A stretch of 64,000 nucleotides of DNA, taken from NCBI GenBank assembly GCA_965649765.1, contig OZ287758.1, forward strand, positions 1,488,001-1,552,000. The letters run 5' to 3'. Below the pieces are notes generated by a model that saw only the letters and a list, made by a program, of their open reading frames with translations, had not been told where the DNA came from and searched no databases. Each line of letters opens with the position of its first letter. The first letter of the stretch is position 1. Positions 27,701-37,585 of the stretch are shown here, piece by piece. The position numbers and the translations under genes were made by a program. The stretch is from Bispira polyomma (lineage: Eukaryota).

Positions 27701-28155
27701 GTGGTTGACAGCTTGCCCCTTTTGTCTTCTGTCATTGAGACAGAGCATCAGTCTGGCATTAATAGTGATGTGCAAGCCCCTGTCACAAGCAGTACAAATC
27801 TACCTTCTGATGTTGTGGAAGACATGGAACATACAAGCCACCCACCTGGTATTAGTCCTATATCTTTAGAACCTGTACCAAAACCTGAAGATATTCAGCC
27901 CAGTATCAGTGAAGCTGTTGATCCTGCTGAATATATGGAACATACAACTCAACCAGCCGCTAAGAGGCCTAGACCTTCAGAGCCTCAACCAATGCCTGAA
28001 CATATTCAGCCCAGTATCAGCGAAGATGTACTTGGTGACCAAAATGCATCACCATCTATGATAGCCAGGCCTGGTACCAGCCGGGAACAATACCAAGACA
28101 AGGGATTTGGGGCAGGATTCCAAGAAGGTTGTGTATATACACCTCTACAATGTGG
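27701..28155 (+). pseudogene. ROCO linker exon (Pro/Ser/Glu-rich, 37-aa internal repeat) leading into the death-domain N-terminus
   Basis: ORF 27701-28159. MEHT...P.PE.IQPSISE occurs twice with a 111-nt period. A shifted frame at the end gives DLGQDSKKVVYIHLYNV. Donor G|GTAACT at 28155/28156. Confidence 0.65.
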
Positions 28156-28789
28156 GTAACTTGTCTCTTTTTTAACCAATTTGTAAAGAAATAATGTAAG
28201 ATAATGTATAAACATTGTGTCTGTATTTAATAATGTTTAGTATTGAAAACAATATATTTTAACTGCCCACTGACAAGTTTTCCAAATATGTTAGTTAAAT
28301 GACATAACAGAACATAAAATGGACAACCATGTCATGAGGATCATGTTACTGCTTCCTTATTTATATATTAACACAATAACTAACCTTATATAGAATGTTA
28401 TTTCTGTGTATTTGAATTTCTCTCATATCCTCCTGTACCCGTGAACACGTGTACCAAAAGTTTAGTAGTTGCAGTAATTTATAAGCTTTTAGTGTCAGTT
28501 TCAAGCAATATATCAGACAAATGGTTGATAAAAATGTGTCTGATATATCAATTATATTAACCTCCAACAATTTTCTGTTACACATAACTCAATTTTTACA
28601 GCTTTCTAAACATAATTTTAATGCTAATTATTGATGATAACAACCCTTTTGAACTTTTGTTTTGACGTAATTTGATTTTGACGTAATAAAGACTGTTACA
28701 AAAGATAGAACTGGTGTAATGCTATTGTAACAATCACAACTACAACAACACTGATTTGTCTAACCCTGGTGTAATAATGTTGTTTACAG

Positions 28790-29020
28790 ATCACCTTTTG
28801 GAGGAGCTAAGCACAGAACAGAAGACTTCCCGCCCAAAGGAGAGATTACTTGCAACAAATGTTAGATGTTTGGAGACGGAAGAAAAAGGTACCAGCTACT
28901 GTTGAGAGGTTAATCGTAGCTCTACATGAGTCTAACGTACCACAACAGAGCTACAGGCAGGATGTGTTAAAGCATTTCAAAGGGTTTGATACAGACACTG
29001 AAGATTCCAGTGAGGATTAA
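28790..29020 (+). pseudogene. Terminal ROCO exon: death domain C-terminal helices
   Basis: Acceptor tttacag at 28789. (D)HLLEELSTEQKTSRPK (frameshift) RDYLQQMLDVWRRKKKVPATVERLIVALHESNV...HF..* matches the death-domain signature ML..W......AT...L..AL. Confidence 0.78.
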
Positions 29021-30907
29021 TAACCTGTTTTTCACGAAATTTACATCAGCTGTAGATGAATTGTTTTAAGGCATAAAGGTGTGGACAGTTACTTGTAGTT
29101 AATTTTGGTATTTGATATTGACCGACAGGTCAAGATTTTGGTCTAAGTTCTCGTCACTGTGATAAAACATCTCAGCTTGGTCACTTTGGTCTTAACACTA
29201 CGACTTTAAGTAGGAAGTCTTAAAATCATTTAGACATAAATAGTTAACTTAAGACTAAGTTAAGGCTAACCTTTTGTGAATACAGCCCCAGTATATTTGT
29301 ACATTTTACAACTTGTGTATATGAGCGACACTAAGGTTATTTTATGCAAATTTGTCTTTCCAGTTTCCATTTCCTAATCAATGGAGGTATCAAGGACAAA
29401 CTTCTTTTTAAGGAAATGAATCTGTTTGTGACATTTTCCTGAAGAAAAAATTGCCAACCGGGGGTTATTTCTCCTGAAAAAAAATCCAATATTTACTGAT
29501 ATGTATATAGTATTATTTAATCTCTTGCGTGTGCGACCGGTACAGTTTTTATTACAATTCCTTACACAGTAGTGGAGTAAAAAACATGGTAAACAAGACT
29601 ACTAACATGACCTCATTGTGAAGGACAATAATGTCAAAAACTTAATATTATCTCAAATGATTATTAACAAATGTTTTATAATTGTATTCTAGTCCGTAGC
29701 TCCCGAATGTGAACAAGCTAATCTCAGAACTTACAAGGATCTGAGCTTTAATATTTGGCATACATATGGGGTCTGCTACAGTAACGATTCATTAATAATT
29801 TTGTGCTAATACTGCTATAAATAAGGATGTAAGAGCTATTTACGGAAACATCATGTGATTGTCAGTTTTTGGGGAATCCCCAGGCGTTGCTAAGCTTATG
29901 ATGTAATTATTGGATTTCCCATCTTCCGATATACCTGAGGCAAATGTCAGAAAAGCACGAAGCATCTATTTATACTCTTTTTGGTTGAAGTGATTTATTT
30001 GTTGAATAAAGAAAATGAATAAATCAAATGAAGTTACAAAAGCTCCAATTTTAGGAATAATATGTCTATAAAGAGTAATTAATACTCTTTCGCAGGCTTT
30101 TTACAAAACTAACTATGTTCCATGTTCACTGAGAAAATTTATTTTAAAATACATGTATAGGTAAAAGTGCTGTTCTAAAAATTCCCATGACATCACTGCA
30201 CTAAATAAAACTGGTTTCTCGAACAATATCTTGGAATATGGGGTAGATGTTTTCTTAAATTCTCGAAATTTTACTACATTAAATGACTGTATGTAAGTGA
30301 ATATTTAACTTATAATTTTCGTTGTTGTATCACCAGAAAGCTATTATTTTGTGCTTCTCGACAGCTTCATTTTCGCCACTAATGAATATTGCCTGAGATA
30401 TTTGCAGAAAAACTTTTGGCAATAAAACATTGCTTAAATTCTGATATCTCCTTGATTACTTAAGTTAAAATTTAAAGATTCAATTGTCCTAAAAGAGTAA
30501 TTAATAAACTATCGGAGGCTTCTACATCAGTATTGGCAGTCTTTGGTAGAATTTATCTTATTATTGGGCAAACTTTTACAGATACAATCATTTAATGCAG
30601 TTTTCCGCCCACAAATAGACCTGATGGTTAAAGGTATAAACAAACAATGGGTGGAGAAGGACAACTTTGTTTGAAGTACATTGTCCAAGGGTACAATATC
30701 TAGGCCTACAGCAAGGATCAAACCTGGGACCCTGTGGGATCGTCTGTTTTAAAGTCCAGCTACTAGGCCACGCCGACTATATAAACTCATTTTCACTGTC
30801 CAAATAGTTTCCTTACTGCTTGACACAGACATCTGTCAACTCTTTTAGTATCCAGACAAAGATCTAATTTTCACAATATTTGGATAATAACAGTTCAACT
30901 GCAGTTA

Positions 30908-31140
30908 CTTAATTGATTGATTAGGTGTTAGCATCGCTTTTAACACATTTTATATGGTCATATTACGATGGTGGGGGAAAGCAGTACTAAATTGGCTAGA
31001 CTCTGTGCTGTAAACTAGCTGGCCTCAATTGGCAAGTAACTGCCAACTGTCCCATGAAAAGCTGGGGCCGAGATTGAAAGCCACAACCTCCGACAAGGTG
31101 GATGTTGAATGTGTTAACCACCACACCACTGAGACCCCCC
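30908..31140 (-). mobile_element. Degenerate tRNA-derived SINE
   Basis: The minus strand begins ggggtctcagtggtgtggtggttaacacattc (A-box-like), has a decayed B box, and ends ...tgttaaaagcgatgctaacacctaatcaatcaatt. Confidence 0.6.
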
Positions 31141-31365
31141 TTCAACTACACTTAACTATAGTTAATCTCAAAAGGTAATTTGTAGTCACACTTCTTAAAT
31201 TGATGCCCAAATTTAAACTTAAATGGAAATTACAAATTAATTACAGCTTTCTCAATTACTGTCCTGATGTTATGGAATTGTGTTCCAGTTGGGCTTAGAT
31301 AACTAGAAACACTTTAAGGGAGAAGAAGAAAACTCAATAACTCTTCAAACATGTATAGTTGCCTC

Positions 31366-31560
31366 CCCTGTACACATCCCCTGTACACATCTCCTGTACA
31401 CATCTCCTGTACACATCTCCTGTACGCATCCCCTGTACACATCTCCTGTACACATCCCCTGTACACATCTCCTGTACACATCTCCTGTACACATCCCCTG
31501 TACACATCCCCTTGTACACATACCCTGTACACATCCCCTGTACACATCTCCTGTACACAT
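31366..31560. repeat. 13-bp minisatellite (cctgtacacatc(t/c)), about 15 copies
   Basis: Directly visible. It explains the spurious repetitive ORFs on both strands. Confidence 0.92.
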
Positions 31561-31562
31561 AT

Positions 31563-31688
31563 CCACATCCTTCCCTATGACCTGGCTATCTTGGGTGTTT
31601 TGCGGGGGACTTCTTGTTTGGTTCTGTTGTTGCACTTTAGAAGATGCCTCACATCAAAATAAGTTGTATTAAAAATACAATGCAATAT
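31563..31688 (+). mobile_element. L2 3'-UTR/tail fragment
   Basis: catccttccctatgacctggctat...gttgcactttagaagatgcc...ttaaaaatacaat matches the 3' ends of the L2 copies at 2140-2260 and 63460-63580 in reverse orientation. Confidence 0.7.
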
Positions 31689-31921
31689 GCATATTTGGTA
31701 CCCAAACCACCAATTTACTATTGACTTGAATGGCACAATACAGCCAAACAGCACTATTAACTGTCACTCTCTTTACTGAAAACAATGTTGGCTTGTTTAT
31801 TGGATAGAAACCTGTCAGAAGCGTAGCTTTCTTTGGTCGAGATCAGTGGCAAGATTACTATTTCAATGTTTACACGATGTACTATCTACCAGTATCTGGG
31901 AGCTCCAGGCTAGGATAAAAA

Positions 31922-32500
31922 CCACATGAACATTACTGCACCTAAGGCCTCTGTTGTAGTAATAATGTGTTAGTTCAGAATTTTACCTTTGAACAACAGT
32001 ATACTGGTGATACACCGACTTGGCTGGATTAATGGTAACAACCATCTCTGTGACATATAGAAATTTGTTGGGCATTTCAGTTTTTTTTTGGAAAAGTTCA
32101 AGCCATTTGCCCAATTATACTCTTGACAACAGAAATTGGAGGCAGCTTTAGAGCCACATTAAAAATAAGTGTGAGAATCAACTTAATGATAATGTAAAAC
32201 CTCATCACATGACAACACGCATTGGTCAAGACAGTAAACCACCACATAAATTATCACCTTAATAAATAGTATATTATATAGTTGGATAGTAGTCAGCTTT
32301 ATATAGCGGATAGTTAACTTTAGTGCCAATGATACTCAGGATAAAATATTTGCAAAGAATAATTAAATTTGTTAAGCTTAAGCAAATTATAAATCACACA
32401 TATATCAACGGGCAGAATAATACCTTTTGTGATTACTGGGAATCTATTTCTCATTTTGGAAAATGCATGCAGCTACATAGGAGATGTGTTGATAAATTCC
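31922..32500 (+). repeat. Left arm of a diverged ~580-bp inverted repeat (right arm 35791-36667)
   Basis: Colinear reverse-complement blocks, e.g. tgttgtagtaataatgtgttagttcag / ctgaactaacacattattactacaaca, tgttaagcttaagcaaatta / taatttgcttaagcttaaca, and gtgttgataaattcc / ggaatttatcaacac. Confidence 0.85.
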
Positions 32501-32897
32501 CTTACTTCATCATGGGGACCTTAATCAACGGATGTTCAACTACAGGATATCCCGGGGCAGAAGGGTGGTGGAGAATGCCTTTGGTATATCATGGGGGAGG
32601 TTTAGACTATTACTCTAGACGATGCAGCAGGAACAGCCTGTGGTAGTCACCTTAACTCTAGCCTGTGTAGTCCTCTACAACATGCTCAGACGTGCAAATA
32701 TCAACCAAGGAAGGGAACACCCAAACACAGCAGATGACCCCCCCCCCCCCCCACTCCCAAAGGATGCACTGATGGGAAATCAGCACTACCCAGCTAACAT
32801 CAGAAATCCTAGCCGAGTAGCCAAAGAACAGAGAGACACCCTGATGGACTACTTCATGAACAAGGGGGCAGTGCCAAGGCAGAACGACTGTGTTTGA
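32498..32897 (+). pseudogene. PIF/Harbinger (HARBI1-like) DDE transposase, C-terminal fragment
   Basis: PYFIMG (deletion) QRMFNYRISRGRRVVENAFGISWGRFRLLL*TMQQEQPVVVTLTLACVVLYNMLR...KEQRDTLMDYFMNKGAVPRQ. FN..S.(A)R..VE.AFG...RF and AC..L(H)N are Harbinger motifs. Confidence 0.85.
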
Positions 32898-33486
32898 AGC
32901 CTCCCCTGAGCCTGAGCCAGAAAAACCAATCGGCCCTTTTCAGGGTCACCCAAAACATCCAAGAACATGTTCTACCTTCAGAGACAAGGAAGAAAACATT
33001 AACAACTTTTAAAATCCAATCTTCAACCCCTTTAAGTAGAACTCTTCCCTTTAATTTTGGTAAATAGATAATGGTCAAACCCCCTTGTATAGAAGTCTGT
33101 ATAATTATTTCCCCTTTTATTTAAACATCATAGAAATAAATTTCTTGGTTCTTTAACTTTGTAAACCGCTTCAAGTAGAAAGTAATCCTCTGGCAATTGA
33201 TGAAGCTGCACAGTATTCAGTAGGTCACTGTCCACTGACTGTGAGTTCATTGACAGTGAGTTTACTGACGGTGGGTTTTAGTACACTCCATTAGTCCCAC
33301 TAGTCGCACTGCCAGATATCAATTGATAAATACCACTGGTGCTGGCTAACGATGGTAATATTTGTGTTGTTTGTGCTGTAATCACATGTGGGCCGGGCTG
33401 TCGTTGTTGCTGTGGAGGAGGCTGTGGTGTTGGTTGTTGGATTCTTGGGGTGGTTGTTGATAAATGTAGTGTCCCTGCTGTGGTGG

Positions 33487-34020
33487 TTAAGAAATGTAAG
33501 CTGGAGGTACCATCTGGTAGTTGGGGAAAGCCTGCTGCTGTGGGGGAAAAGCTGCTGTTGGAGCTGTACCAGATGCTGCCCTTTCCTGGAGTGTTTTTAC
33601 TAGATTGAGAGACTCCCTCTTGAACTGCAGGAAGGCACGTTCTGGCAGTTTCTCTGTCTCAATGCTCAACCAATTCATATAGGCTCCTCGTGCTCCCTCA
33701 TCTTTGGGTTTCCTGGCCTCCTTAAGGATACCTGTTATAGGCTGTTCCATCCTCCCAATGGAATCGGCCAACTCAATACTGAACTCTGTCCTGTCTCTCC
33801 TGGATAGGGGTAGAGGATCCAAAGGAAGACTCCATCTCACCCTGGTCTGTGTCCCACTCTGGGACAACACACCTGGAGATTCAGGGGCAGCCCCCTGAAA
33901 CGCTGACACGATAGGCTTGAAGCCGACAGACTTGGTGAGCTGATGCCTGATATGCGGCTTCAGGAACAAGAAGTTGTTCTTCACCCACTGTTGTCGCTCG
34001 GTCAACTCTTGTGCAGCTTT
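33487..34020 (-). pseudogene. Harbinger second ORF (MADF/Myb-like DNA-binding protein), C-terminal part
   Basis: AAQELTERQQWVKNNFLFLKPHIRH resembles the end of Harbinger MADF/SANT-like domains. It is followed by a BESS-like segment (AYMNWLSIETEKLPERAFLQFKRESLNLV) and a Q/P-rich tail, and is convergent with the transposase. Confidence 0.6.
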
Positions 34021-34029
34021 TTCTATCTA

Positions 34030-35320
34030 CCTTTTTCTACTGACTGGTTTTCGTAACTAGAAGGTTGAAACTCTTCATAGGTGATATGTATAACATATAT
34101 ATATGTCCTCTACAAGCATGCAGACATTTGACCTTGAAGCTCTTTATTCAAGGTCATCTACAGAGTTAATTTAAGGTCATTCACAGAGTGCCAAAGTACC
34201 CCACGCAGCAGACTTTAAAATTGCCTATATCTCCCTTATTATTGGTCCTAGAGATTTGGCATGTAATGCCAACTTATAGGAAATCATAGGCTGGGAATCT
34301 TCTAATGTGGTCAGGTTTGACCTTGGGCCCCTCCTTCAAGGTCAAACGAGGATAACCAAACTTTAAAGTGTTTATAACTCACTTATTATTGGTCCTAGAG
34401 GTTTGCAATGTAAAACCAACTTATAGGTAATCATGGGCTAGGACTCTTCTGATGTAGTCAGATTTGACCTTGGGCCCCTCCTTCAAGGTCAGACGTGATA
34501 GTTAAACTTAAAAGTGCTTAGAACTCGCTTATTATTGGTCCTACATTTTTGAGATGTAAAACCAACCTATAGAAAATCATGGGCTAAGAGTCTTCTGATG
34601 TGGTCAGATTTGACCTTGGGCCCCTCCTTCAAGGTCAAACGAGATAACCAAACTTAAAAGTGCTTATAACTCGCTTATTATTGGTCCTTCAGATTTGCAA
34701 TGTGAAACCAACTTATAGGTAATCATGGGCTGGGAATCTTCTGATGTGGTCAGATTTGACCTTGGGCCCCTCTTTCAAGGTCAGATGAAGGTAGCCAAAC
34801 TTAAAAGTGCTTATAACTCGATTATTATTGGTTCTACAGTTTTGGGATGTAAAACCAACCTATAGGAAATCATGGGCTATGAGTCTTTTGATGTGGTCAG
34901 ATTTGACCTTGGGCCCTCCTTGAAGGTCAAACAAGCGTAGCCAAATTTAAAAGTGCTTATAACTCGCTTATTATTGGTCCTAGAGATTTGGAATGTCAAA
35001 CCAACCTAAGAAAATCATGGTCGTAGAGGTTTGGGATGTGAAACCAACCTACAGGAAATCATAGGCTGCTAATCTTTTGGTCACATTTAACCTTGCATCT
35101 CTTGTGCAAGGTCAAACGGGTACGCCAAACTTTAAAGTGCCTATCACAGACTTATTATTGGTCCCACAGGTTTGCATTGTCAAACCCACTTGTGCCATGT
35201 AAGGCTTTAGCATAAGCATTAGCTTTAGCAAAAATGTCCTAGAGGGCTTGCTACTGCCGGTGCTTTGTCTTTTTGGTGGATACAAATATGCATCGGTTCT
35301 CCGATGTGATAGGTCTAGTT
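34030..35320 (-). mobile_element. Helentron/HINE-like non-autonomous element carrying a 146-147-bp tandem repeat (about 6 units)
   Basis: Units contain the palindromic tttgaccttg...caaggtcaaa at a 146-147 bp period (34321, 34468, 34614, 34760, 34907). The minus strand starts aactagacc.... The family assignment is inferred from architecture. Confidence 0.65.
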
Positions 35321-35790
35321 AATATTTGATTTAATTTAGTGAGGTTTAATTCACTGCAATAAATGCCATGACTTTTACAAGACAACCATGGTATTTGTTT
35401 AATCAGTAAACTGTAAAAGATACACTGTGGGAATGTGTGTTACTATGAGACTTGAGATATGTGTGTTTGTGAAAAGAGTGGTGTATAATGTCATTTACTG
35501 TTAACTACTGAACTGGACTACATCTGTCGACATTAATCACCTCTGTGGAAGTGTGCAGAGTATACAACTGAAAGGCAGATATAAATTTATAATATTTGTT
35601 GATGTGTAGTGTTCCCACAAACTGCTCTTACAATTCAACAACTGCTTTTATATTTGTTCACATTCACATACTCATGTCTTCATGTGCTGGTATGCTCAAA
35701 TACTGGGAATGGAATATGTAAATTCCTTAAACTATGATTTTATTAAAAATAATTATTTTACATTATTACTTACTGTGATTCAGTGTTACA

Positions 35791-36667
35791 GGAATTTATC
35801 AACACTTCTGCTATTTAGCTGAATGCCTTATCCAAAATGAGAAATAGATAGACTGTCATTTCTCAGTAATCACAAAAGGGATTGTTTTGCATTTGATATG
35901 TGTGTGATTTTTAATTTGCTTAAGCTTAACACATTTAATTATTCTATGCAACTATTTCATTCTGAGTGTCATTGGCACTAAAGTTGACTATCTGCCATAT
36001 GAAGCTGACTATGCCCTATATAAAGCTGACTACTATTTGACTATATAAGTATATGTCATAAGGTGGCCAGGGCCGCGGTGGCCTAGTGGTTAGCAAGCAT
36101 TGCGCTTCACAATCACTGGTCTCTCACCTCTGGGCGGCGTGAGTTCGAATCCCGTCGATGCCTATGTGGGAAAGGTGGTAGTTCCTTACTGTGGGCCACT
36201 GGTTTCTCTGCAGAACCTTGACTGACTGTATGCAGTGTTTCCTCCAGCTTTTCCAACTACCCGTCCCAATATAACCTACTAAAAGGTACTAGAGTGGACG
36301 TTAAATATTCAAATTCAACAAAGTCATAAGGTGGCCATCGTTGTGGTGGTTTACTGATTCAATCACTGTGTGTTGTCATTTGTTGAGGTTTTACGTTGTC
36401 ATTAAGTTGATTCTCACAATTATATTCTTTATGTTGCTCTGAAGCAGCCTCAGGGTTCTGTTGTCAAGAGTACAATTAAGCAAAATAGCATGAACTATTT
36501 TAAAAAATTACTGAAAGCCCAAATGACGATTTGGAAATTCTATACAGAGATGGTTTTTACTAATCAAGCCCAGTGGGCGTATCACCAGTATACTGGTGTT
36601 TAAAAAGAACAGGCTGAACTAACACATTATTACTACAACAGATACCTCAAGTGCAGTAATGTTTATG
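35791..36667 (-). repeat. Right arm of the inverted repeat, interrupted by a SINE
   Basis: Reverse complement of 31922-32500 once 36070-36337 is removed. Confidence 0.85.
36070..36322 (+). mobile_element. Full-length tRNA-derived SINE with a 15-bp TSD
   Basis: A box tggcctagtgg, B box gagttcgaatcc, a central ggtttctc...gtttcctcc motif and a tail gacgttaaatattcaaattcaacaaa. TSD GTCATAAGGTGGCCA at 36055-36069 and 36323-36337. Confidence 0.92.
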
Positions 36668-36929
36668 GTTGTGATTACACACACCATATTGATCATATTA
36701 TAAAGGAATTAATTGAATGTAAAGATATTGATAGTGCTGGTCATAATGCATAAATGGTGAAAATGTTTTAACACATAATGTTAACAGTATTAATTCTACG
36801 TCGGTTTGTGCTTCTGACAAAAACATTATAGGTTGTTCCAAACCAATAATCCGATCATTGATCACAATTAGGGTAAGTATGATATCACATTTAATATCAC
36901 CATACAGATTATAAATTAATTGGTCCATG

Positions 36930-37585
36930 TAGAGAACCTTTACCTATCGGTAGTGTTGACAGCATGCTTCACATTGCAGGAATAATTAGATGTACTAGGT
37001 TACCCAATTATAGATCTGCTAGGATACCACTTAGATATGACCTTAATGTGGCTAGATATGACCTTAATGTGGAAGCTTGGGAAGAACTGTTGCTGAACCG
37101 CTTGGATAGGTTGTTGCTACAATATATAAAATTCGGGTTCACCCTTTTTTTAGATGATCCTGATTTAATTCATAATTGCAACATCAATAACCACCATTCT
37201 GCCATACAATACCCCTCAGAAGTGCTACAATACCTTGAGAAGGAACAGTCTCAGGACCCAGTAAACATGATTAATGACACACAATTTCATTCTTCACCCC
37301 TGTTAACGAGGCCTAATGATTAAGATAACATAGTTTGATATTTAATATTTTTTACCCATAAAACTTGTCTGTTAACAGTCAGGTAGTTAGGGACACTTTT
37401 GATCACACAAAATTTATATTAAGGTTTTCTACTTGCTGGGCATAAGTTGGGAGGGTAACCATCACATCGACGCTGCCATTCTGTTTGTCTGGGCGCACGG
37501 CAGCGCAGCATTTCAGCAATGCTCAGATATTGTTGCTGATTACCTGAGGTCACATGGTTTTATGTTATTATGTTATATATTTGAT
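36930..37585 (+). pseudogene. Degenerate DIRS/Ngaro RT fragment
   Basis: IAGIIRCTRLPNYRSARIPLRYDLNV..WEELL..LLQYIKFGF...NHHSA..YP...HSSPLLTRP aligns with VANIIKTTKVPNYKSARIPLKSNLNVAKW...LQYIEFGF...NHYSA...HCSPLLTVP of the intact element. Confidence 0.82.

Larger units (their letters stand above)
16369..29020 (+). pseudogene. ROCO-family pseudogene: LRR - Roc - COR (MFHAS1-like) - FN3 - linker - death domain
   Basis: Exons reconstructed with GT-AG sites: 16351-17034 (LRR), 19663-21291 (Roc-COR), 22218-22415 and 22840-22925 (FN3), ~26990-28155 (interrupted by an LTR), 28790-29020 (death domain). Phases match at the LRR/Roc, COR/FN3, FN3/FN3 and death-domain junctions. Multiple stops and frameshifts. 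Confidence 0.85.

Noticed and set aside
31314-31662. Cys-rich repetitive ORFs (MCTGDVYRRCVQE)
   Set aside because: Translation artefacts of a 13-bp minisatellite.
36070-36160. tRNA gene
   Set aside because: A and B boxes are present, but there is no proper acceptor stem or cloverleaf. It continues into a SINE body and tail and is flanked by a TSD.
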